A DNA stretch of 64,000 nt from Ostreococcus lucimarinus (lineage: Eukaryota). The DNA is taken from the NCBI GenBank assembly GCA_000092065.1, contig CP000586.1; one strand, written 5' to 3'. Each line of letters begins with the position of its first letter. The first letter of the stretch is position 1. The translations under genes and the position numbers were made by a program. The notes beneath the pieces are model-generated. The model searched no databases. It was not told the DNA's origin and saw only the letters and a list, made by a program, of their open reading frames with translations. Below, piece by piece: positions 19,391-28,600 of this stretch.

Positions 19391-20056
19391 TCACGCGTCC
19401 TGCGAGTCCTTCGTCGTGTATCGCCCGAGCGCCGAATTGAAAAAGGCAAAAATACCCTTCACGATGGACTGACGAACCGCGACGACGCCCTTACCGAACT
19501 CCCCACCCGGTCCGGCGCTCGTTTCGCGAATAAACAGCGTGTACACCAGGCCGAAACTTCCGTTCACAAGGAGCATCGCCACGAGAAACAACGCCAACGG
19601 CGGTTCCTTTTCTACAAACAGATCCAGCATCTCTCCCGCCGTCTTCGACTCCCTAATGACGTCTAAACCAATCTGTTCGTCCTTCAGAACCTCGTCCACC
19701 ACCGCGCGTTCCTCGCGAACGAGCTCCGCGCGCAGCGACCCGGCGACTTGTCCGATAACCTCTCCCGGCGTCGTCGCCGCGCGCGCCGCATCACCGTGCG
19801 CGCTCGTCAGCGCCACCACCACCGCCACCGCGTTCGCCACGAGCGCGCTCGTCGCTTCCCGGCTCGTCGTCTCGCCGTCATCGCGTCCCCAGCCGCGCGT
19901 TTCCAACGCATCGCCTCGGGACGCTGTCGACGTCATCTTGTCGCTTTCGCGCGCTCTCGCGACGCGCGCGGACGACGACGCGCGTCGATCGCGCGCGGGT
20001 GCGATCGCGCGCGCGCGCATCGCGGCGTGCGCGCGCGCGGGCGCGGCGAACGGCAT
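19391..20056 (-). CDS. hypothetical membrane protein with an Arg/Ala-rich presequence (possibly organellar), 221 aa
   Basis: ATG start. The presequence is MPFAAPARAHAAMRARAIAPARDRRASSSARVARA. The mature part has a TM helix (LALFLVAMLLVNGSFGLVYTLFI) and a C-terminus GIFAFFNSALGRY. Confidence 0.4.
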   Translation of the reverse strand: MPFAAPARAHAAMRARAIAPARDRRASSSARVARARESDKMTSTASRGDALETRGWGRDDGETTSREATSALVANAVAVVVALTSAHGDAARAATTPGEVIGQVAGSLRAELVREERAVVDEVLKDEQIGLDVIRESKTAGEMLDLFVEKEPPLALFLVAMLLVNGSFGLVYTLFIRETSAGPGGEFGKGVVAVRQSIVKGIFAFFNSALGRYTTKDSQDA

Positions 20057-20109
20057 CGCGGGTGCGGCGAGCGCGTTGGATTATGGGGTGGGCACCCGCG
20101 CGGTCTGAC

Positions 20110-21132
20110 TTATTTATCGTCGGGGCTCTGCGGCGGCGACTCGGCGGCGACGAGGATCGCGACGTGCGACGCCCCGCACGCGAGCGCGACGACGCGATTC
20201 GACGCTAAATCTACGCGTTCGAAACGCCTGGGTCGAGGCACGACGGCGTCGGCGGCGGCGGCGCCGCATTGCCCTTGGTCGTTCGCGCCCCAGAGATAGA
20301 CGCCGTCGGCGCAGGCGGCGGCGCAGTGGCGGGCGCCGCACCGGACCATCGAGGGGGCGTTCTCGAGCGCGACGAGTCGCGGCGTGGCGGTGCTGGCGCC
20401 GATTTCACAGTCCTCGGTTCCGAGCTGTCCGTCGCGGTTGGTGCCGCAGGCGTAGAGCGACGCGCCGAGGTCGCCGCCGTCGGCGACGAAAATCGTGAAG
20501 GCGTCGCCGCACGACGCGTCCGAGATGCGAACGCCGACCGCTGAGAACGAACGCACGGCCGTCGGTGACGGTACGTCATTGGAGCTCACACCGAGTCCGC
20601 ACTGCCCGTACAAATTCCAACCGAACGTCCAAGCCTCGGCATTTTCGGTGACGAAGACGCCGTGCTTCCCGCCCAACGCGATTCGTCGCACTGCCACGCC
20701 GGAGAACACCGACGGCGCGAAAACCTCCGCGCCGTCAGCGTCCAGCACGCGTCCGCGATCGTCTAAAACCATGAATCGCCCATCACCGTCGACGTCCGCG
20801 GCGACGACCGCGTCCGCGCCGTCGTACTCGCGCCACGTCTCGGCGTCCCGCTCGCCGTCGACGTAAAAGTGTCCCAGTCCGCGCGAGGTGACCACGAACA
20901 CCGCGTCCGTCGCGCACGCGCACGCGCGCGCGCGGGCGAAGGCGTCGTTGACGATCGCGCGCCCGGCTGAATCCACGACGCCGACGCCGCCCAGGACGCG
21001 CAACGATTTCTCGCGCGGGGAGACGAGGGCGGTGAACGTCCAACCGGCGGCGACGAAGACTGCGTCTTCGCGCGCGTCCAGAGCGCCGTCTGGGGCGTCA
21101 TCGCCGGCGTAACCGACCGTCAACAGTTGCAT
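20110..21132 (-). CDS. RCC1-repeat (regulator of chromosome condensation-like) protein
   Basis: Repeated RCC1 blade motifs: GGKHGVFVTENAEAWTFGWNLYGQCGLG; LYACGTNRDGQLGTE; VYLWGANDQGQCG. The first ATG preceding the repeats (MQLLTVGYAGDD) is at about 21132. The rest of ORF 20110..21711 upstream is low-complexity. Confidence 0.6.
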   Translation of the reverse strand: MQLLTVGYAGDDAPDGALDAREDAVFVAAGWTFTALVSPREKSLRVLGGVGVVDSAGRAIVNDAFARARACACATDAVFVVTSRGLGHFYVDGERDAETWREYDGADAVVAADVDGDGRFMVLDDRGRVLDADGAEVFAPSVFSGVAVRRIALGGKHGVFVTENAEAWTFGWNLYGQCGLGVSSNDVPSPTAVRSFSAVGVRISDASCGDAFTIFVADGGDLGASLYACGTNRDGQLGTEDCEIGASTATPRLVALENAPSMVRCGARHCAAACADGVYLWGANDQGQCGAAAADAVVPRPRRFERVDLASNRVVALACGASHVAILVAAESPPQSPDDK

Positions 21133-21256
21133 GTCGTCGTCGGGGAGCGCTAGCGCGCGCGAAGGACGCGTGGCATCGCGGGCGGGGGAGTGAGGTGCTC
21201 GACGCGGCGGCGCCGCGCGTCGGTTGGTTGGACGGATGCGTTGAAATGAAACGAAA

Positions 21257-24200
21257 CTAGAGTGCGGGCGAAGAGTCGGGGCTAACCGACGGTGGGTCCA
21301 GGGCGTGCGCGTATAGACCGATGCGACCGTGTAAGGACCACGGTGCGCCGGCGGCGGCGCTCGCCGGGGAGAAAAGATGAAACAGGAGGGATTTCGGCTG
21401 ACGTTCGGCGAAAGCGCCGCCGAGCTCGTAGTGGAGCGTAGTGCGCGGTTTGGTGGCGGGGATGACGTAGTCCGCGACGTGAACGAGGTCGTCTGTGGGC
21501 ACGTCGCACACGGCGACGACGCGTAGGACGCACGGGGCGTACGCTCGCGCGAGGTCGGGCACGGCGAGCTTGAAGCCGACGACGACGGATGATGGAACGC
21601 CGACATGGAGCGATGCGCCGTTGAGGCTGCACTGCTCGAACGTCGCGCGCATGTACTCGCGTCGAACAGTGTGCATGCCATCGACGATACTTCGCACGTC
21701 CGCATCGGCAATTAAATCGGCGACGCGCGTACCAGCTTCCGCGCGCTTCTCCGCCTCGCACGCCTCGGCGGAACATTCGACGAAGAAATTACCACCGGCG
21801 TCGTGGTCGAGCGGGGCGAAGAGCTCAGAAGATATCTCTCGTAATCCATCGAGAGCGCTGCTGCATCGTTCATCTTCCGGATCACCCTTGACCGTCATCG
21901 GGAAGGTCGCCGAAGCGTTCGCGGCGGCTTGATGCGAACCGAGCGCGTTGGTCACGTGACTGAGCGTGGCTGCGTTTGGTCGAATCATTGGTCCCATGAT
22001 TGACTCAGTTAAGCTCGACAAACTGAGACTGCGTAGAGAGGAGATCGCGCCACTCGTCGATGTCGACGCACTACTCTTCGTGCGTTCTGATTCGAGTTCT
22101 CTCAGATGGGACCGCGCGAGCCAAATTTTCAATCGCTCTGTTGGATCGAAATCGCTCGCGCGACAGCCCCGCGCGACGATGAGCGTATCTCGCGTCGCGA
22201 CTGCCATGCGTGCGCGCATGCGCACGAGCTCGAGCTCGAGCAAAGTTGCCAACGACGCCTCTCCCGGAACGACGCCATGCATCGCGTCCGCGTAATCCTT
22301 CTCCGAATTCGTCGGTGAGGGCGCAGGTTCGTTGGTTTCTAAACTGCGCGGAAGCGGCGGCTTCTGACCCAGTGAAGCTTGCGTCTTCGCACCGTTTGTC
22401 AACGCGCGCTGTACGCTTACGAGCTCGAATTGACCGATCGCTAAGAATGTATCCTTTGTCGCTTCATTATCCCCGAGATGATTTCGGATGTGCAACGTTG
22501 CCGTGTACGCTCCGTTGTCGTGCGATTCCACAGCGTCTCGATCAAATCTCCAAAAGCCTCCATCCGCGGCTGCAGACGCCTCGCGAATACTGAATGAAAA
22601 CTGCGTCCCCGCTGGCATGCGAGGGAGGGCAAACGAGTGCTCAACGTTTCGTCCACCTTGTCGCACGACTACGTCGACGTGTGACGGCGCGACGGCTTCT
22701 GGCACCCCCACCGGCGATGTCACCAAGAGATATTCTGGTTTTCCCGCCCCAGGCGACACGTTGTACTCAAACGAAACATCGTGCGAACCACGCGGGGTGA
22801 TCCAAAGTGGCCCTACTGCCGCGGCTATCGAAGCGCCGCACGACGAAAGCATAGTATTCATTAAGTCATCCGCGGCGTCTTCTTTCACGCACGGCGGCAA
22901 TTTTGCTGGAGATGCGGCGTCAATTCGTGTCACGACGCGACCGGGCGCGTTCGCCATGGATGGAAAGTACTTCTTGTGGTTGAGTCCGAGAAACATTTCA
23001 AATTGTTGCTGCTTCGTGCCGTCGGATACCATGTTGTGGAAGCGTCTCTGAATACCAAGCGCCGCGTTGCTCATCGTACTGCTCGCCGAAGTCGGCGTGG
23101 ATTTATAGCGAATCGCCGCCGCAGTGGCGGGATTCGCGTCCAGCAAATGAATGGTTGCCGTGTGCGACGCCCTCGTAGACGTATACATCTGTGCGTGGAA
23201 GTCACCGTTGGCGAGAAAGATCTCAACCATGGCAGTGAGGCACTGCGGCAGCATCGCTGCGCGGAATTCGTCCACCGTGCTCTCCAACCATTTGAACGAT
23301 TCGGCGCCTTTGTGCGCCTTTTCCGGACTCTTCATGAGTTCGTCCAGCCACTCGGCGCCTCCGGCTTGACAAAGTCGCTGACCGGATGAGTTCAGACGAG
23401 AGAGAAGCTTCGACTGCCCCGGGCTTCCCATGTTAGAGTCCGGGCTTTGCGCCTGCGACGGAGATTCAACGGTCTTATTGGGCGATACCGCGATGGGTTC
23501 CGAGCGAGTCGTATCCTGCTCTGGCAACGACCAACTTGTCGTCCGCGTGTTGTGATCGATGTAGAAAGTCCTTCCAGTCGTGGTATCTGTGCGAGACTCC
23601 CATCCTGGGGGCAGCATCGATCCACTGGACGTTCTCGCGAGCACGCCTTCCGAAAGCGCGCCGCCGCCGTAGGCGAGGCCAGCGTTTGCGTTCGCGTTGA
23701 ACACACTCAGACCCAACTCCGAACACTGTTCCGTCAGAACTTGAGCTGCGACGAAAAATCCCGCCAGATTCGTTCGGTCTAGTGAATCTGCACAGTTGTA
23801 TCGCAGTAACCCGCGCTGCCAGGAGCTCACGGTTTTCTCCACGCCGTCTTCGTCCGCCACGGCGCACGTCGATCCCATTGAAATCGAACATTCAATTAGC
23901 TGACGACGAAGGGCGGCCCAAAGACCTTCAACAGTCTTCGCCTCACCGAGCGCCTTGCAGTTCGCGTGCCAATCAAAGTTCAAGACCGAAACATCCGCTA
24001 AACCAGCGCGCTGGCGCACCCCGCGCACAGCTTCGTGAAAATGCTCTGAGAGCAACATTTCTGGCTTACCCGGCGCGCATCGCAACAGGTTGACGCACGT
24101 AATCGGGAACGATTGACGCTCACCATTCGCCGCAGCGACTGCACGCGTACGATACGCGTTCATAACGCGCGCGAAGTAAGTTCCCGTGCCCCGATACGGA

Positions 24201-25270
24201 TTTTCCTTGGCGACCTGGATCTCCGCCTCGCCATACGCCTGCTTGATTTCTTGCGCCCAGCTAATCGGTACGCTGCCTCGTCGCCACACGTACGACGTCC
24301 AACTGCACAGTTTCCCATCCTTGGACGACACGCTCCCCCCCCGCGCGTCACCGTTCATCAACCCTGCTTCTGACGCTTCCGGACTATCCGAACGCTGCTG
24401 ATCGACCTCGCACCACACGAGCTGTTCCATCTCCACCTCGTTCCCCGGCGCGCCGACGTCGTTCAAACCTCGCGCCAAATATCGCGTCCCCGGATGCAAG
24501 CTAGACCTCTTGCCGAAAATACAAAGATTGAATAACTTATCATTTGAATCGCGCAGCTCGCGATGCTCGACTAGACCTTGAATCAGCGTCGGGCACGCCC
24601 CCGGAATCCCCGTCGCCCGCAGAGGCGCGGCGAGCGACGCGTTCCACACCCACTCCCGATCGGGATTTTGCAATCCAGCTTCGGCGTTCCCGTACGCGAA
24701 CGGACGAGAAACATCAAACGTTCGACAGTAAAAGTGCGTGCCGTCCACCGAAAACTCACACAACGACTGTAAATTCACGCGTTCGTCCCTGCTCAACCCG
24801 GCGCACGCGTTTCGCAGCGAAACGCGCACCCACGCGCTCTCCTTGACTTGCATGACTTCATCTCCGGTCGGCAACACCGCCGCCACGCGCACCGTCTTCG
24901 CGATCAACATCGCGGCGACGTCCCCGAACACCCCGTACCCCAACGCCGCGGCCCCTCTCGCGATTTCCTCGACGTATCCTCTCTCGCGAAGCGCCTCGAG
25001 CGCGCGCTCCACGTCTTCGAACGCGTCCTCCCCGACCACCCCCTTCCCCGCCATCAGCGTCCCGGTCGCGCCGCACACTCGCACCACGCGCGCACCGACC
25101 GCCTTCCCCGTCCTCGCGTCGCCATCGTCGCCGCCGTACGTTCTCAACACCACCGCGCGTTCGCCGCTCGCGCGCGCCGCCACCGCCACGCCGTCGCCCG
25201 TCCACCCGTCCCCGCTCGACGTCGACGTCCCGCTCGCGCTCCGCTCGACCCCCGACGGCGCATCGCTCAT
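21257..25270 (-). CDS. SAC9: SAC9-like phosphoinositide phosphatase (Sac domain plus WW domain), about 1337 aa
   Basis: Sac-domain motifs are RYLARGLNDVGAPGNEVEMEQLVWCE and the catalytic RYNCADSLDRTNLAGFFVAAQ (CX5RT). A WW domain is present (LPPGWESRTDTTTGRTFYIDHNTRTTSWSLPE). The N-terminus is colinear with plant SAC9 (…LCEFSVDGTHFYCRTFDVSRPF). The start is taken as the ATG at 25270 (MSDAPSG), downstream of a poly-Asp/(GTC)n tract. Confidence 0.85.
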   Translation of the reverse strand: MSDAPSGVERSASGTSTSSGDGWTGDGVAVAARASGERAVVLRTYGGDDGDARTGKAVGARVVRVCGATGTLMAGKGVVGEDAFEDVERALEALRERGYVEEIARGAAALGYGVFGDVAAMLIAKTVRVAAVLPTGDEVMQVKESAWVRVSLRNACAGLSRDERVNLQSLCEFSVDGTHFYCRTFDVSRPFAYGNAEAGLQNPDREWVWNASLAAPLRATGIPGACPTLIQGLVEHRELRDSNDKLFNLCIFGKRSSLHPGTRYLARGLNDVGAPGNEVEMEQLVWCEVDQQRSDSPEASEAGLMNGDARGGSVSSKDGKLCSWTSYVWRRGSVPISWAQEIKQAYGEAEIQVAKENPYRGTGTYFARVMNAYRTRAVAAANGERQSFPITCVNLLRCAPGKPEMLLSEHFHEAVRGVRQRAGLADVSVLNFDWHANCKALGEAKTVEGLWAALRRQLIECSISMGSTCAVADEDGVEKTVSSWQRGLLRYNCADSLDRTNLAGFFVAAQVLTEQCSELGLSVFNANANAGLAYGGGALSEGVLARTSSGSMLPPGWESRTDTTTGRTFYIDHNTRTTSWSLPEQDTTRSEPIAVSPNKTVESPSQAQSPDSNMGSPGQSKLLSRLNSSGQRLCQAGGAEWLDELMKSPEKAHKGAESFKWLESTVDEFRAAMLPQCLTAMVEIFLANGDFHAQMYTSTRASHTATIHLLDANPATAAAIRYKSTPTSASSTMSNAALGIQRRFHNMVSDGTKQQQFEMFLGLNHKKYFPSMANAPGRVVTRIDAASPAKLPPCVKEDAADDLMNTMLSSCGASIAAAVGPLWITPRGSHDVSFEYNVSPGAGKPEYLLVTSPVGVPEAVAPSHVDVVVRQGGRNVEHSFALPRMPAGTQFSFSIREASAAADGGFWRFDRDAVESHDNGAYTATLHIRNHLGDNEATKDTFLAIGQFELVSVQRALTNGAKTQASLGQKPPLPRSLETNEPAPSPTNSEKDYADAMHGVVPGEASLATLLELELVRMRARMAVATRDTLIVARGCRASDFDPTERLKIWLARSHLRELESERTKSSASTSTSGAISSLRSLSLSSLTESIMGPMIRPNAATLSHVTNALGSHQAAANASATFPMTVKGDPEDERCSSALDGLREISSELFAPLDHDAGGNFFVECSAEACEAEKRAEAGTRVADLIADADVRSIVDGMHTVRREYMRATFEQCSLNGASLHVGVPSSVVVGFKLAVPDLARAYAPCVLRVVAVCDVPTDDLVHVADYVIPATKPRTTLHYELGGAFAERQPKSLLFHLFSPASAAAGAPWSLHGRIGLYAHALDPPSVSPDSSPAL

Positions 25271-25295
25271 CGCGCGCGCTCGCCTTTCCCGTCCG

Positions 25296-25302
<7 letters not shown>

Positions 25303-25340
<38 letters not shown>
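25303..25340. repeat. (GTC/GAC)n trinucleotide microsatellite, about 12 units, immediately upstream of the SAC9 start
   Basis: The run gtcgtcgtcgtc… encodes poly-Asp if the upstream ATG at 25537 were used. Confidence 0.9.
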
Positions 25341-25341
<1 letters not shown>

Positions 25342-25680
25342 GAATCCCGTTCGCGATGGCTTCGTCCGCCTCGTCCAATCGCGACGACGTTCGCCGCGTC
25401 GCGACGCCGCGCCGCGTCGCGCGCGTCGCCGCGACGTCGCGCGTCGCCCGTCCGAGATCGCGCGTCGTCGGATGCCGCGTCGACGCGTCGCGTCGCGCCA
25501 TCGTTCCATCGCGCCGTCGGTCCATCCATCGGTCCATCCATCGGTCCGTGTCGCGCGCGCGCGCCGCGCGTCGACGACGCGCGCGTCTCGACCGTCTCGG
25601 ACGCGCGCGGCGATTCGAACGCGCGGCGACAGCTCGCGCGCCGGCCGCGCGCGACGTCGCGACGGCGCGACGACGACGCG

Positions 25681-28600
25681 ATGCGCGATGCGCGACGCGA
25701 CGCGACGACGCGACGCGCGACGACGCGCGACGACGGCGACGCGCGCGACGGCGACGCGCGACGACGCGCGCGACGCGCGATGCGCGCGTCCGAACGCGTC
25801 GAACGGTCGGCGACGAGCGACACGACGACGACGGAGACGACGCGCGACGACGCGGATGCGAGCTCGCCGCGCGCGCGACGGAGCGAGTGGACGACGACGG
25901 CGACGACGGCGACGAGAGGACGAGGGTCGTCGTTCGTCGCGACCGCGCTCACGGGGCTGACGATCGAGGACGACGACGGACGACGAGGGATCGCGCGGGG
26001 ACGGCGCGCGCGAGGCGAGACGAGCGAAGAGACGCGAGGACGAGGAGACGCGAGGACGAGGACGTTTCGGACGTCGAACGAGGACGGAGACGAGGAGACG
26101 TTGGAGATTGAGAACGAGACGCTGACGCGACGCGCGGGGGGGGTGGTTCGCGGACGATGGTCGTGCGAAGAGAAGGCGACGGCGGCGACGCGGTGCGCGT
26201 TTAAAAGCGACGGCGAGCGGCGCGGGTGGTTTTGGTGCGCGTTGCATCGAGATTCGTTCAGCTTGTTCGGGGAAAACGGGGAGATGCGGAGAATGCCGAT
26301 CGGATTCGAGGCGTGCGCGCTCGCGGCGACGAGGGAGGGGGTGTTGTTCGTCGCGAGCGACGGCGGCGGCGTGGCGCTCGTCGCGCACGCGTTGGACGAA
26401 CCGACGCCCGTCGAGGGCTTGAGCGACGGCGTCTTCGTCGCTTGGAGCGATCCACAACGATCGGACGTGTTGTTTTACGCGCATTCGCGACGTGCGCTCG
26501 AGCTTTGGACGATCACGCTCGTGCCGGCGCGGAGCGAGACTGAATTCAGCGACGCCGTGCCAGAGTTTGTCAGTCGCGCGGATCTGCGTTGGAGCGAAGG
26601 CGTCGGAGATGATTTCGCCGCCGACGCGGCGACGTACAGTTTGGCGCACGACGAAAATGGGCGCGAAATTATTTTAGTGTCCGACAATGCGGCGCAACGC
26701 GTGTGCGGGCTGTACGTAGACGCGGATGCGCCGGGAGGACACAGAGCGAGCGGGGCGATTGAGGGGACGTCGGCGATGGGCGTTTCTGGCACGCGTAAGG
26801 GCGATGGAATGTTGGACACGCTCGTGGTGTGCGTCGACGGCACGCTCGCGCTTTGCATCGGCACGCACTTGTTGTGCAAACTCGACGCGACGACGCCAGA
26901 CGGCGAGTCGACAGCTGGCGACGTACAATTTCTATCCGACAGCGTCGGTTCCGGTGTGACCGTGCACACGAGTAGACGAGGCTCGATGCGTGTGCGCGTC
27001 CCAGGATCTCTCGCATCGCCGCACGCGCGCGCATTGTTCGCTGTTCTGCGCGAAGTGTGCTCGCAAGACGACTTTTTGGATATTTTGCGGCGCATGTACG
27101 CGAGCGAGTGCGTCGGCGCCGATGACGCCGAAGCCGAGTGGGCGTACTTCGTTCAAGTGCTGCAAGCGTGGTGCGAAGTCGCCGTCAAACCGAGAGCTGT
27201 ACACGAGCTCGACGATTGGGAGTTTTCGCAGCGGTTACTAAAAGTTGGTGTCGATTCCTTGAGTGCCCGAACATCGGACTCGAATGTGAACGCGACGCGG
27301 GCGAGCGTCGTTTTGGACGCCGTGCACACGATTTACGAAGCTTCGAAAGTGGATTTGCTGACACGCTGCATGTTAAAACCATTGCGAGAGTTTGCGATGT
27401 CGTTGGTCGACGCGATCGGAACGACTAGGGAAGCGTACGCAGATTATTACGCCCGAGATTCTGGCGCAAGTATCGCGCCTTTGAGCGTTGCGGCGGCACC
27501 ATTGCAGGTGCCAGATCTATTACGCGCCGTCGAAGGAATATTCACGGGGCAGTCAGATTTTCACACACTCGTACCGCCGCTCATACTCGCAGGACTCGAA
27601 GAAAACGCGCACGTCGATGCAAACACATTTGGTGGTGACGTCGTCGTGCGTGCTCGACGTGTTGTGAAATTGTGTCACGTGTCCACTCTTGGTGCGACGA
27701 ACTCTTCGACGTCTGGCGGAGCGCTTGCGTGCGCCATGGTGGACATGGGCTTCACGCTGGAGGATCTCGAGCGCCTACCGCCGGGCCTGTCGCTCCCATT
27801 CCACGGAATATTACGCCGTTGCCGCGACTCTCCCGCTAATGGATGGCCAGTTGAGGCGTACAAGCTCATCGGCCGCCAAGACTTGGCGCTGATGCATGGC
27901 GACGACGATTTCATTCGCGACGAAAGACAACGGCGGGTATCGCGCGCGCCGGCTGCGACGACGCGAATTCAACCCGATAGCGCATCTGTGTCTGATGGTC
28001 TAGAGCATCTTGAAGAATTCGTCGGTCCTCTTCGCTTTCCTAGGGATTATAGAATTCGCGAGCTTCGCTCCATTCTGAGCACCGCTACGCCGGTTCCTAT
28101 TCAGCTCGACGAAACCGAAGGTGCAGGCGGCGACGCCGAGCAAGGTTCACAACAGCAGTCAAAGTTGTGGTTGCTAGCGGCGAGAACTGCGGCCATGCCT
28201 GTCGGTCGAGGAGCGGCTTCTTTGGGCACAGTCATCGCGAAACCAACCGAGGCGCTCCTCGTCCCTACACTTTGCCTCGCCGGATGTTTGCCCACGCAGC
28301 AGTACGCTGTGGTCAATCTTGATCTCACCGCCGCAGACGCACCGAAAGATTTCGTGAATTGGCCAGAATTTCACAACGGCGCTGCGGCGGGCTTGGCGCT
28401 TCGATCGGACGACGACAGTGGAAAGCTCACTCGAGCGTGGATCGTGTTCAATCGACCCAAACTCCCGACGTTTTCGCACGCGGGTGTTTTAATGGCGTTC
28501 GGTTTGAATGGTCATTTATCGAGCTTGACAGCGACTGACTTGTACAGATATCTCGCGCAAGAACACGAAGCGACGACCGTTGGTACGCTACTAGGTGTTG

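Noticed and set aside
24738-26649. Large overlapping ORFs (24738..26111, 24848..25960, 24858..25952, 25267..26649) between SAC9 and APC1
   Set aside because: All are Arg/Ala/Asp-rich translations of (GAC/GTC/CGC)-type repeats. They are antisense or out of frame to SAC9 and APC1, and are artifacts of about 80% GC.
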